The position numbers were made by a program, and so were the translations under genes. A DNA stretch of 64,000 bases from an uncultured Verrucomicrobiae bacterium (GTDB taxonomy: Bacteria; Verrucomicrobiota; Verrucomicrobiia; Chthoniobacterales; UBA10450), in the NCBI GenBank assembly GCA_963735805.1, contig CAVTMK010000003.1, positions 256,001-320,000 on the forward strand, written 5' to 3'. Position 1 is the first letter of the stretch. The number at the start of each line of letters is the position of its first letter. This document shows, one piece after another, positions 49,393-59,864 of this stretch. The notes under the pieces were generated by a model. It ran no database searches. It worked only from the letters and a program-made list of their open reading frames with translations, and was not told the DNA's origin.

Positions 49393-49854
49393 ATGACGAA
49401 AAAGCTAAATTACGCTCCCGATCTGACTCAGCGTCCGCCGCGCAGCCCTCGCGTGCGGCTAGGGGGTTACGTTGTCCTTCCGCGGATCCTTGATAAGGGT
49501 CGCGCCGAGATCGCAGGGACCGCTGGAGAGTTCAAATACAATAACCCGGGCGACTACCATTGGTTCCGCTTCACTGGAATCACGCCGGAAGCCTTAAAGG
49601 CTGAGCTTGCCACCGGTAAAGGCGACGGTGAGATGCTGGTGTGGATACAGGAGAACGCGCCTAACAAACGCAGTCCATGGGAGATCCAGCAATGGAGCGC
49701 TTACTTTTCCGAGCGCGGGCCGGATAGCGACGTGGAAACGCTCGAAATGTTTGCCGAGCGCATGAAAAAGTTTAACCCTACCCGCGAAGACGTGAAGACA
49801 TGGTTCGACCTGCTCGATCTTGATGATTACGTGACGTTTGGCGGAAAGGCTTAG
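49393..49854 (+). CDS. DUF5069 domain protein
   Basis: APDLTQRPPRSPRVRLGGYVVLPRILDKGRA...FDLLDLDD. Confidence 0.88.
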   Translation: MTKKLNYAPDLTQRPPRSPRVRLGGYVVLPRILDKGRAEIAGTAGEFKYNNPGDYHWFRFTGITPEALKAELATGKGDGEMLVWIQENAPNKRSPWEIQQWSAYFSERGPDSDVETLEMFAERMKKFNPTREDVKTWFDLLDLDDYVTFGGKA

Positions 49855-49993
49855 TTCCAGATTTCAGATTTGTATCTCGGCTGCGCCCGCAGCGCTCGAC
49901 CGCTACCCTCGCGGTCCGGCGGCTGCCGGATCGCTCATCCCATTCTCTCCATTGAAACTCGTTGGCTGCCCACGCTCAAAAGACGCCGCGGGC

Positions 49994-51718
49994 TTATTTG
50001 CCGAGGTGATCTGTCGAGTGGATGAAAGTGGCTGTGTCATCGTGGAGAGCTTTGAGCGATTCCTGATGCGCGTACACCATGTGACCCGACTGATAGTACC
50101 GATATTCAATGTGGTCCTGAAGCCGTTCCGGAATCTGGAGATGGTGCATTTCGTACCAACCTTCGTAAAACGGCGTGGCCAGATCGAAGTAGCCGCCGAG
50201 TAGAAGGATTCGCAGGTCCGGATTGTATTTCATGGCGCTGGCCAAATCCGGCATGACGTTGGTCGACTGCGGCAACGGCTGGGGTGCCCCCGGTGGCTGA
50301 TGCTGGAAATTCCAGATCTTCCACAGCTCAATTCCTGGCCGATAAGTTTTGTCCTGACCATAGTGCAAAGACTTTCTCACGTAGTCGTTGAAACCGGAGA
50401 CATAAGCGGAGCTAATGGCGGCGGCTTGCGGATCGTAATCGGCCTCCTTGCTAAGCGGATCCATGGTAGGGCCCGAGAAGCGCGTGTCGAGACGGCCGGT
50501 CGTGGTGTCGGTGTCGTCCTGGAGGTTCTTGGAGAACTCGCCGCCGTCGATGCGCAAGTTGGCCTTCAGGATGTAGCTGACAGGAAGTCCGGTATAGGCG
50601 TGGAGCTTTTCGGCAATCTCCTTGCGTTGGGCTTCCGGCAGAGTCGCTCCTTCTGCCAGCGCGTGTGCATAATCCCCCATCGCGAACTGTTCAACTTCTT
50701 TGAGAAAAAGTTCGAGTTGACCGGGAGAATTTGGACCGGGCAACTTGTGATGATACCAGGCGGTCGCCGCGTAGGTAGGCAGCGCCATCATGTAGGGTAG
50801 GTCGACGCCGGGATTGTATTCCGGTCGATCCACGCTCAGGTCGAAGTTCAGGATCTGCGAGAGCATGATCACGCCGTTCAAGTCGAGGTAGTACTCGTGC
50901 TGGAGCAGGTCTACCAGCACGGCGGAACGCGGCGTGCCGTAGCTTTCACCAAAGAGATACTTCGGCGAGTTCCAGCGCCCGTATTTGCTAAGATACGCAA
51001 CGATGAATTCTGCGAACGCGTGGGCGTCCGGATCCACGCCGTAAAATTCTTTTTCCTTGTTCTTGCCGGCGATGCGACTGAAGCCGGTGCCGGGAGCGTC
51101 CACGAATACCAAATCGGTGGCGTCCAGCAGGCTGTAGTCGTTATTAACAACTTGATAAGGCGCGGCTGCGGTATGCGAGTTGTCTGCCGTGATCACCCGC
51201 CGGGGGCCAAAGGCCCCCATGTGCAGCCAGACAGTCGAAGAGCCGGGGCCGCCGTTGAACAGGAACGTCACGGGACGTTTATCCTGTTCCGCATTCTGTT
51301 TGTTATAGGCCACGTAGAACATCGAGGCTTCAGCCGTCGGATTTTTGGATTTCTCTTCGCTCTCCCCGCTTGGTTCGCTCTCTTCATTCTCCTTGCTTTT
51401 CCGGTCCGCAGCCGAGGCCGCATCATCCCAGCCTTTGGGATGGACGACGAGTGTGCCGGCCACGGCTTGATACTCGATTGGGCTGCCTTCGACGGTCACG
51501 CTGCCCGTGCTGGTGGCAGATTCGGGCTTGAAGTTGGGGGTTGCAGTGGGCGTTGGCGTAGCCTTCGACTCAGCGTTTGAACCCTTTTGGGAGGCCGCGT
51601 TGACTTGGACGGCGAGTCCAGCTGCCAGGAAGAGGCTAAAGGCAAGGCGAAGCGAGCGTTTCCAAAAAGCAATTTTCCTTTTAGGCGCTACGCGATTGTC
51701 TGAAAAAGTTTTTTTCAT
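49994..51718 (-). CDS. Peptidase S10 serine carboxypeptidase
   Basis: FNGGPGSS, DAPGTGFS, GESYG, GYFDLATP, SGHMVY. Confidence 0.92.
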   Translation of the reverse strand: MKKTFSDNRVAPKRKIAFWKRSLRLAFSLFLAAGLAVQVNAASQKGSNAESKATPTPTATPNFKPESATSTGSVTVEGSPIEYQAVAGTLVVHPKGWDDAASAADRKSKENEESEPSGESEEKSKNPTAEASMFYVAYNKQNAEQDKRPVTFLFNGGPGSSTVWLHMGAFGPRRVITADNSHTAAAPYQVVNNDYSLLDATDLVFVDAPGTGFSRIAGKNKEKEFYGVDPDAHAFAEFIVAYLSKYGRWNSPKYLFGESYGTPRSAVLVDLLQHEYYLDLNGVIMLSQILNFDLSVDRPEYNPGVDLPYMMALPTYAATAWYHHKLPGPNSPGQLELFLKEVEQFAMGDYAHALAEGATLPEAQRKEIAEKLHAYTGLPVSYILKANLRIDGGEFSKNLQDDTDTTTGRLDTRFSGPTMDPLSKEADYDPQAAAISSAYVSGFNDYVRKSLHYGQDKTYRPGIELWKIWNFQHQPPGAPQPLPQSTNVMPDLASAMKYNPDLRILLLGGYFDLATPFYEGWYEMHHLQIPERLQDHIEYRYYQSGHMVYAHQESLKALHDDTATFIHSTDHLGK

Positions 51719-52145
51719 CACGATGACGTTTCTGAATTCTGGCCGGGAACGGAGTCCGAGCAAACACTGTTTTCGTCCTTGGCCCGCTTCAGACAGCCTA
51801 CCGAGAGAATAGCATTTCATAGCAAAAGCAACGGAATCACCCTGGCGGCCGTGTCTCCGATAGCGAGTGAAATAAGAAGAGAGTCGGAATTCCGTCTGAA
51901 CTCGCCATGGCGAACAAGCTGGCGAACGCTAAACGCCAGACGGTTGGTCGGAATTGGTCGTCCTTGTTTAAGATGTCGGATAGATCATGGCAGATTTCAG
52001 ATTTTGGAGTCTAAAAACAGGAAAAGGCTTAGGGATCTCGACGAATACTTTCAAAGAAGTTCTGTTCGCCAGCTTTATAACCAGTGCCCCACGTTAAAGG
52101 TGACGGCCCACAGGGCCGTGGCTACAACCGCAGGAATGACACCTT

Positions 52146-52553
52146 CTATTCGAGCAGCTGCCTCAGATTTTGAAGCACGGCGTCTTCTTCGTCCGAGCGC
52201 GCGCCATCAGCGAGGAACAGCTCCTGGCACAGATCCAATGCTCGTCCCTTCACTGCTGCGGTACCAAGCCTCTCGTTTATCGAAGCCAGGAATTGATCCC
52301 TGTATACCTGACTTTCTCTCGCGTTGCGTGCGTTACCAACCGATCTCGCATCGAACTGATCGAACGGTATTTTCGGGTCCCAATTGAAGCTAGCGACCGT
52401 ATCCGTGATCAATCTGTCCTCGGCGAGGAAGACCAAATTGTCGGCATACATGCAATAATTCAGCAAATCCACTATCGCCTCACGCTGGGGCTGGGTGAGA
52501 CCGTCTTTCGGCGCTTCCGCTTTATGGAACAGTTTTTTGATTAGACTGGGCAT
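52146..52553 (-). CDS. Hypothetical TerB-like protein
   Basis: MYADNL...ED and LFLADG.RSDEE acidic motifs. Confidence 0.65.
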   Translation of the reverse strand: MPSLIKKLFHKAEAPKDGLTQPQREAIVDLLNYCMYADNLVFLAEDRLITDTVASFNWDPKIPFDQFDARSVGNARNARESQVYRDQFLASINERLGTAAVKGRALDLCQELFLADGARSDEEDAVLQNLRQLLE

Positions 52554-52695
52554 AGAGATTCAGTTTCCAGTCCGAGTTTGTAGCAGCAACCACCAATCAC
52601 GGGCAAGAATTACCAGAGAAATGCTTCTCATTTCAGGCGGCCTACGTTAGATTGTACAGGCAAACGGTTCGGCAACAGGAAAGGGAAAGGGAAAC

Positions 52696-53769
52696 ATGAA
52701 AACAAAATTGTCTGCCGTCGCGCTTGTTGCGAGCGCGGTCACGATTGCTCAAGCGAACCCAGGAGCTGTTCCCGCAGCGAAAGTGGGAGGGCGAGTTACA
52801 CGCAGTGCCCCGGCGGTTCATGCTCCGATGCGGCCCGGCGGTGTTTCATCGTTCCGCTCGACGCCGATGCGGTCATATGGCAATAGACCGTTTTATTCAG
52901 GCCAACGCTCTCCCTCGGTTGGGATGCGTTCGTTACCATCCTTCGCATATCGGCGGCCTATTTATTCGAGTCGACCTTTGGTCACGCGTTCCGGTCCATA
53001 CACGATAGCAACTATCCCGCAACGCAATCGTATCGCGCTAATCGCGAATCGCAGAACTCCAGCTGTCACACGCGTTTGGAACCAGCGAAACATCGGAACG
53101 CAATTCCGGAACGGAAATAATCTACGAAACGCCAACAATTTCCGGAATGGAAACAATCATCTGCGGCATGACTGGCAAAAACACGTTTTCGCTCACACCT
53201 CAGGAGATTGGCATCGCGATTGGAACCGCAATTGCGACCACTGGTGGAATGGTCACCGATGCTCCTTTATTAATGGAACGTGGGTGATCTTCAATCTGGG
53301 ATTTTCTCCGTGGTGGCCTTCGTACTATCCAGACGATTACTACTACGACTATGGCTTCCCGAATGATGGCTACGGCTCGTCGACCTACGGGTACGATTAT
53401 CCGAACTCGTACAATTACGACCCCGGCGACTACAACTCAGGCAATTACCAGGGACAGATGTATCACGATCAAAATAGCTATCCGGACCAATCGCAGGGCT
53501 ACTACGACTCCGGTGTTTACCAAACGGAAGTGTACGATGATCCGAATGGCTACAGCGATAAACCGCAATCAGACGATTCGATCATTGTCGCAGCGCAGGA
53601 ACGACTGGCTCGCCAGGGCTACTACCGCGGCGAGACAGACGGTGTGCTCAGCGCTGAGACGCAGAAAGCCATCAGGCGTTATCAAAGTACCAACGGCTTG
53701 CGCCAGACTGGCGACCTCGACAGCGACACGCTCGCAGTTATGGGACTATCCAAAGGTACGAGCTACTAA
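52696..53769 (+). CDS. Secreted protein with low-complexity region and C-terminal peptidoglycan-binding domain
   Basis: QERLARQGYYRGETDG...AIRRYQSTNGLRQTG.LD..TL. Confidence 0.85.
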   Translation: MKTKLSAVALVASAVTIAQANPGAVPAAKVGGRVTRSAPAVHAPMRPGGVSSFRSTPMRSYGNRPFYSGQRSPSVGMRSLPSFAYRRPIYSSRPLVTRSGPYTIATIPQRNRIALIANRRTPAVTRVWNQRNIGTQFRNGNNLRNANNFRNGNNHLRHDWQKHVFAHTSGDWHRDWNRNCDHWWNGHRCSFINGTWVIFNLGFSPWWPSYYPDDYYYDYGFPNDGYGSSTYGYDYPNSYNYDPGDYNSGNYQGQMYHDQNSYPDQSQGYYDSGVYQTEVYDDPNGYSDKPQSDDSIIVAAQERLARQGYYRGETDGVLSAETQKAIRRYQSTNGLRQTGDLDSDTLAVMGLSKGTSY

Positions 53770-54203
53770 AATTTGAGATCGGCCAATGTGGGGGAAGGAA
53801 TTGGGGGCCGGATCTCAAGGGCAAGTTGTCCAGATCGTTTTTTTAAGAAAGATAATGAAAATAGGCGTGCGGCGATCTGTTAAGAGAGTCTTCCCATGAT
53901 GTCATTGTGATGGAAACACAGGGGCGCGAAGCGCAGCTCTTTAGTTATGCGGTGAACCTGGTGAAGCCAGGTGCGAGCCAATCATCCTCTGCGCCAGATA
54001 AAACAGTGATTGTCGCCTACGATCTTGTCACGCCGTAGCCCGTGGTTAGGCCGATCAGGCTTTGCGCGGCAAAAGCGGAAGCAATTTCGTGGCGGATTTG
54101 AGCCCCAGCCATTCCAGGCAACACCAAATCTTTCTCGCCGTGCGCATCGCTCCAGTGTAAGCACCGCCGAGTTCTTATCATAAGCGGCTTACGATGCACG
54201 AAT

Positions 54204-54908
54204 TCAACTGCTCAAAGTTTCTGAAGTCGCTGCCTGTTCCCGCCAACGATCGGTGTTTACCCCCATGACGAATAGCCAGAGCATCAACAGCACTTCCGCG
54301 GTAACGCCAACAATTGCGATGTAAGCGAACAGTCGCTCGGCTAATGGCGGGTACAAAAAGATTAGCCAGCCTAAACCTGCGAGCACCATCAACACGCCCA
54401 GAAAGCGCGGTAGGAAGGTCGATCGCAGAATAAGACAGCCGATCAGCAGACAATACACTCCGAAGAACACCAGGGCGACATTGCCGACTTGGTGGGTCAA
54501 TTTCAAAAATAGCATTCCGACTGCGCGGCCCGACAATTCGTCGGAGCTGAATACAGAAACCGTTCCTCCATCTCCCAGGTTGGCTAAGGTGAAAAACTGA
54601 AACGCGCTCCCGCCCGCCTGAATTGCGCAGCCTACAACTCCGAAGAAGGCGGCAACCAACGAAACAGTTCGATTCACTGGCTTGAACAACACGTAAAACA
54701 AAGCGACCAACGCGATGTAGAATCCTGTTCCGATCAAGCCGGTAGCAACGCCGAGATGGAATAACTGTTCGTGAGTGACAATCGCGTTCGCCGTCGCTGT
54801 GCTGTCGTTTTTGACGACTAATCCTTTCAGGCACGCGACACTCAGCATCGACATAAGAAAGAAAAGCAAGTAAACGAGTCCGATTATCTGCGCTTTTTTC
54901 TTAGTCAT
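54204..54908 (-). CDS. DUF4386 domain membrane protein
   Basis: LFYVLFKPVNR, FFGVYCLLIG.LI.RSTFLPRFLGVL, E...MLWL. Confidence 0.85.
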   Translation of the reverse strand: MTKKKAQIIGLVYLLFFLMSMLSVACLKGLVVKNDSTATANAIVTHEQLFHLGVATGLIGTGFYIALVALFYVLFKPVNRTVSLVAAFFGVVGCAIQAGGSAFQFFTLANLGDGGTVSVFSSDELSGRAVGMLFLKLTHQVGNVALVFFGVYCLLIGCLILRSTFLPRFLGVLMVLAGLGWLIFLYPPLAERLFAYIAIVGVTAEVLLMLWLFVMGVNTDRWREQAATSETLSS

Positions 54909-55061
54909 GATCCTAGCTCCGGGTTCTCTGCGGATAATTCCCTAATCAAAACTCTTTAGAACTGCCAGCCAAAACGCCAGTGCGACTCAGACGTCGTGTG
55001 ACGGAACGACAGCCGTCGTTTTAACGGCTTCGCGAAGAGCTGCAGGTGAATAGTCGGCGTG

Positions 55062-57248
55062 TCACATTCTTAACAGACGCCGAATGGTGATTTCGAGTTT
55101 TCGAAGATTGACCGGTTTTGTAAGATGCGAATCGAAGCCGGCCTGCCGGGCGCGCTCGATGTCCTGCTGCATTCCGAAACCGGTCAGCGCGATTGCCGGT
55201 GTCGTTTTGATCTTTCGAATCTCCGTAATCAAATCAATCCCACTACCGTCCGGCAAGCCAAGATCGCAAACGAGCAGATCGAAGTCTTCGCGCGCTACGA
55301 CCTCCAAAGCTTTCGCTACGGTAGGGACGCTCTCGACCTTGTAACCGCGCTTCTCTAAAAGACCAGACAATGCCCGCGCGCTGTCCAGGTGGTCCTCCAC
55401 CAGAAGGAGATTCACTTTGCCAGCCACGTTCGGGAGTGCACCGTCCGGCTCGCCCCTCGCCGGCACGCCAGTAATCGTCGGAATGCTCACCGTGAACGTG
55501 GAGCCTTGTCCCAGGCCCGGGCTCTCAGCGGTCAATTTTCCTTCCAAAAGCTTGATCAGCGCGTTGGAGATTGTCATTCCAAGTCCCAGTCCGCGGTACC
55601 GCCGATGATGCGTGGGATCGCCCTGCTCGAAGGGTACGAACAGCTTCGAAATTGTTTCCGGGGTCATTCCAATACCGGTATCTGCAACTGAGACATCGAT
55701 TTTTCCGTCGGAATTGTTAGACGTGCCGATAGTAATATTTCCGCCACTCCCGGTAAATTTGATGGCGTTAAGCAGGATGTTCCAAAGGACTTGCTGCAAT
55801 CGTGCGGCATCGGTGTGGACGCAGTGCCGGGAGGCGTTCAGGCGCAGAGACACGTCAAGATCCTTCTCGTGAAGTTCGCTTTGCGAAAGGCCAATCAACA
55901 ACTCGACCAACTCATGCACATCGGTGTCTTCCGGTGAAACCGACACCATGCCTCGTCCTAAACGCGTCAGATCAAGGAGATCGTCGATAATGCGCGCTTC
56001 GAGTTCAATGTTGCGTCGCAGCATCTGGACATCGGACCGGATCGGTTCTGGAAGTTCTCCGCTCACCTCCCATAGATTGAGTGTGGCCAGTACCGGCGTA
56101 AGCGGGGTCCGTAACTCGTGCGAGAGCATCGCCAGAAACTGGTCCTTGGCTTTGATCGCTGTCTCAGCAGTTTCTTTTGCTTGCCGCAATTCGCGAGAAG
56201 AATTTTTTTGCTCTGAAAAATCGCGGAAAACTAAAACAACACCGTGCATAACGCCGTTTGCATCGCGAATAGGCGCGCCACTGTCATCAATTGGAACTTC
56301 CGTCCCGTCTTTGCGAATCAGGATGGTGTGATTTGCCAGGCCGACGATCACGCCTTCCTCCATGACTTTCTCAACCGGACTTTCAACTGGTTGCCGAGTC
56401 TCCTCGTTTACAATATGAAAAATCTCCGTGCTGGGCCGACCGTTCGCTTCGTGAAATTTCCAGCCAGTTACTTCTTCAGCGACCTGGTTCATGAACGTAA
56501 TGTGGCCAGCCTGATCTGTGACGATCACGCAATCCCCAATGCTCGCGAGCGTCACGGCGAGCAGATCCTTTTGTCGTTTTAATTCGAAATCCCGTCGGGC
56601 AGCTTCAGCCAGTGCCTGGTCGCGCAATTTGATCGATTCAGCGATTCGCCGATAAGCCCACGCCAGGACGATGAGATTAAGGAGGCCTGCCGCAATAAAG
56701 ACGATGGTGCGAATCCAGGTAATTCGGTCACTGGCTTGACGATCTCTTTCAAGCGCAGCGGTCTTGATGGATTGCACACGGGCGACTTCACCGCGTAGCT
56801 TTTCCATCAGTTCCTGACCCCGCCCGGATCGTACCGCTTCTGCAGCAGCCTCAAAGCCCCCGGTTCGACGCAGTTCTACTGTCCTGCGCAGTTCTGCGAT
56901 TTTTTGTTCGACTAACTGGGTGACTTTATCGACATCAGCCTCAGAGATGTCGATGCGCGGCATCGACTTGAATGTTGCAATTTCTGTCGGCAATCGACTC
57001 AGTGCGTCATTGAAAGGAGCGAGATAGCGTTCGTCACCAGTAATGATGAAGCCCCGCTGGCCGGTCTCCGCGTCCTTTACTATCGAAGTTATTTCATCGA
57101 GGTCGATAATGACCTGGCGACGGATCTGTTCACGCTCGTGAGCGCGCAGCACTTGATTTCCGAATTGGTATGTAACGAAGGTGCTACCGAGCACTACTAC
57201 GGCAGTAATAACGAATACCGAAAGTATTACCCGCAGACGAACGATCAT
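55062..57248 (-). CDS. Hybrid sensor histidine kinase (CHASE3-PAS-HisKA-HATPase-REC)
   Basis: DAETGQRGF, FLAMLSHELRTPL, NAIKFT, DTGIG, GLGLG, LLVCDLGLPDGSG. Confidence 0.95.
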   Translation of the reverse strand: MIVRLRVILSVFVITAVVVLGSTFVTYQFGNQVLRAHEREQIRRQVIIDLDEITSIVKDAETGQRGFIITGDERYLAPFNDALSRLPTEIATFKSMPRIDISEADVDKVTQLVEQKIAELRRTVELRRTGGFEAAAEAVRSGRGQELMEKLRGEVARVQSIKTAALERDRQASDRITWIRTIVFIAAGLLNLIVLAWAYRRIAESIKLRDQALAEAARRDFELKRQKDLLAVTLASIGDCVIVTDQAGHITFMNQVAEEVTGWKFHEANGRPSTEIFHIVNEETRQPVESPVEKVMEEGVIVGLANHTILIRKDGTEVPIDDSGAPIRDANGVMHGVVLVFRDFSEQKNSSRELRQAKETAETAIKAKDQFLAMLSHELRTPLTPVLATLNLWEVSGELPEPIRSDVQMLRRNIELEARIIDDLLDLTRLGRGMVSVSPEDTDVHELVELLIGLSQSELHEKDLDVSLRLNASRHCVHTDAARLQQVLWNILLNAIKFTGSGGNITIGTSNNSDGKIDVSVADTGIGMTPETISKLFVPFEQGDPTHHRRYRGLGLGMTISNALIKLLEGKLTAESPGLGQGSTFTVSIPTITGVPARGEPDGALPNVAGKVNLLLVEDHLDSARALSGLLEKRGYKVESVPTVAKALEVVAREDFDLLVCDLGLPDGSGIDLITEIRKIKTTPAIALTGFGMQQDIERARQAGFDSHLTKPVNLRKLEITIRRLLRM

Positions 57249-57473
57249 TGCTCGTGGTCAAGTTTCTCCAAACCCGGTTCTGCTGGCAACGCCAACGTGC
57301 AAAGCCTTAACGTTTGGATCGAATTGCATCGGCATGCGCTTCCGGTTTAGAGAGAATGTCCGTTCCTTTGTCAAATGTTATGGGCAACCAAGTTCCGGTG
57401 GGACATCCTGTCTGTGCATAAGAAGGGCTTAACAGTAACGTTTCCGTCGTTGTCATGAGTCGTATTAATCTCC

Positions 57474-57575
57474 TGGATCTTCTACGATTTGCGGCACAGC
57501 GATCCTCTCGCCTATTGGATTTTAAGCTGGACGAAAAGATGCTCGCCTCGCGTCACTGGTTTTATTATTTCCGGC
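57474..57575 (+). pseudogene. Decayed ~100-bp copy of part of the M24 peptidase gene (60003-60106)
   Basis: tacgattt.cggcacagcgatcc.ctcgccta..ggatttt.aagctggacgaaaagatg.tcgcctcgcg shared. Confidence 0.8.
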
Positions 57576-57643
57576 GGTCAGCGCCCGCGCCTACAGACGT
57601 CTCCAGATAGCGACGTGGCTACAAAGGAGTCGGTAACGCTGCG

Positions 57644-59143
57644 TCAAGCGACGGGAACGACGGTCGCCGCTTCGATGATAGGCGTCTCGGCCTTGTCGCT
57701 GATCAGCTTCCGTAAAAACGGAATCAGCGCGACGAGCATGATGCCGACCGCCAGGCTGCCCAGGCCAAGTTCGGTGAAGAGTTTCGCGTACCCGGTGTTG
57801 GTGGCGACAATTGTGGTGCCGGTCGGTTCGGGAATCATTCCCGAAAAGTCACCTGCAAAGAGCGACGCAAGGCCGGTCACGAGCATCCAGCTGCCCATCA
57901 TCACGCCCTGATATTGCTTCGGTGCGAGCTTGCCGATCATCGCGTATCCGATCGGCATGATGAGGAGCTCGCCGATGCTCTGCAGGACGTAGTTCAGGAA
58001 CAGCCAGATGAACGCGCTCTTGCCATCGGTCCCGGCTAGCTTGATACCAAGCGTGAGAAGGAAAAAGGCGACTGCCATCAAGAGCAGCGACGCCGCGAAT
58101 TGTTGCGGGATGTCGATTCTCCACCCGCGCTCGCGCATGCGGGTAAACAGCGACGCGAAAATCGGCCCGCCGAGCACGATGCAAACGGTGTTGATGTTCT
58201 GAATCCATTGCGGCTGAATCTTCACGGGGCCGACCATCAGATCGACGTTGTTGACCGCGAATAGCATCAAACCGTTCGGCGCCATTTGATAAAGCGACCA
58301 GAACATCAGCGAGCCGATGGTCAGAATCAGGTAGGCCGTCATGTTCCGTCGCTCGCGGCGGTCCTGGTGCCGGACAGTGAGGTAAATCAGTGTGAGCGCG
58401 ACCGCGGCGCAGATCATCTTGAGTATCGTTTCGGTGCTGCCGGGCCGCTGAAGCATGAACCAGACGACGGGAACGAGGCCTATGAGAATGCCGATCCCGG
58501 CGAGCTGGCGCACCTGGAACTGCTTTCGCGTCGCCTCGAGCAGCGGCGTGTTGCGGTCGGCCAGCGTCTTCCACATAGACAGGGCGAGGATGATGGCGAC
58601 GAAATTGCCGAGCGTGGCGAAGATGAAGAGGCTCGAGTAACTCTGGGTCGCCTGGAAATAACCGGCGGCGCTGAACCCGACGAAGAAGCCGACGTTCATA
58701 CCGGCGTAGTTCCAGAGGAAAGCTCCTTCGCGGCGCGGATCCTCCGGGGCAAAGCGCTGCGTGAGCATCATGTTGATGCAAGTTACATTGAGCCCGCTGC
58801 CAGTGAGGAAAAGGGCGAGCCCGACGTAGAACAATGGGAGCGTGCCGGTCGCGATGCATGCGCAGCCAACCACTTGCACCGCCATGCTGCCGACAAACAG
58901 TTTGCGATTCGAGAGGAAACGGCCGCCCAGGTAACCGCCGAAAAGGTGCAGGCCGTAATTGAAAGCGCCGAACACACCCATCAACGTGGTGGCCATTTTT
59001 ACGCCGAGATGCAGATGCTTCGTCGCGTAGAGGACCAGCGTTGAGTAGAGAACAGCGAAGCCGAGCGTCGAGAAGATCTGAATGAAGAACAGCGCAGCCG
59101 TTCCCTCGGGAGCCTTAGCAAAACGGCGTGTGAGAAACTTCAT
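57644..59143 (-). CDS. POT/PTR family oligopeptide:H+ symporter
   Basis: GGYLGGRFL, AFLWNYAGMNVG, IQNINT, SIGELLIMPIG. Confidence 0.88.
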   Translation of the reverse strand: MKFLTRRFAKAPEGTAALFFIQIFSTLGFAVLYSTLVLYATKHLHLGVKMATTLMGVFGAFNYGLHLFGGYLGGRFLSNRKLFVGSMAVQVVGCACIATGTLPLFYVGLALFLTGSGLNVTCINMMLTQRFAPEDPRREGAFLWNYAGMNVGFFVGFSAAGYFQATQSYSSLFIFATLGNFVAIILALSMWKTLADRNTPLLEATRKQFQVRQLAGIGILIGLVPVVWFMLQRPGSTETILKMICAAVALTLIYLTVRHQDRRERRNMTAYLILTIGSLMFWSLYQMAPNGLMLFAVNNVDLMVGPVKIQPQWIQNINTVCIVLGGPIFASLFTRMRERGWRIDIPQQFAASLLLMAVAFFLLTLGIKLAGTDGKSAFIWLFLNYVLQSIGELLIMPIGYAMIGKLAPKQYQGVMMGSWMLVTGLASLFAGDFSGMIPEPTGTTIVATNTGYAKLFTELGLGSLAVGIMLVALIPFLRKLISDKAETPIIEAATVVPVA

Positions 59144-59202
59144 CCGGCGCTCCTTTGTTGCTCGACCCACGGGGTAATGTCAAGCGGCACTCGGACTACA
59201 GA

Positions 59203-59595
59203 TCATTTCCACAGAGAGAGGTTTCCACCTCCGGTAGTGACGATCACCAGATTCATTACGACAAGCATCGTGTCGTAGCTCCATCCGTTTGTGCCTGATT
59301 TACCCCAGAAGCCTGTGCGCCAGACGAAAATCTTCTTCTGAATCGCGCCCAGCATGACCAATATCAAACCCGCGGCAGCGAGTTGCGTGAGAACGCCAAA
59401 AATTGTTCCCAGGCTTCCGGCGACTTCGACTGCACCTAGAAAAATGGTGAAGCCTTTACTCATTCCGATGTCTTTGCTTCGCGCCTTAGGGTCTTTGAGA
59501 TGATTCCAACCACTGGTGATGAATACCAGCCCAACCATGATGCGCAAAAGAAGAAGCACGATATCGGTGAACTGGGCTAATTGTGGAAAGATCAT
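59203..59595 (-). CDS. DoxX family membrane protein
   Basis: LLLLRIMVGLVFI.SG, EVAG...GVLTQLAA, GGGNLSL. Confidence 0.88.
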   Translation of the reverse strand: MIFPQLAQFTDIVLLLLRIMVGLVFITSGWNHLKDPKARSKDIGMSKGFTIFLGAVEVAGSLGTIFGVLTQLAAAGLILVMLGAIQKKIFVWRTGFWGKSGTNGWSYDTMLVVMNLVIVTTGGGNLSLWK

Positions 59596-59864
59596 GCAAC
59601 GATGATTTGGATCGCGATTTTGTAATATGAAACGCCGCTAACGAGCAAGAATTTGCGACGCTTCCGGCGGTATAGACTTCGCTACAGGAGAACGCCCCGG
59701 CACAGCGAGGCGGCTACAGGGCGCGAACGCCTCGACACGCCTTCATCAATTCCGGCGCGGCGAGTACGGTTCGACTTTGTTCAGGAACAAGGTCGCGTAC
59801 ATCCGATGATGTTATCTACTAAAGTGCTTCGCTCTTGGACAATTGGCTGATATTTCAATACGAC

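Noticed and set aside
53100..53560. Tyr/Asp/Asn-rich quasi-repeats as a DNA repeat array
   Set aside because: Low-complexity coding sequence inside the peptidoglycan-binding protein, with no fixed nucleotide unit
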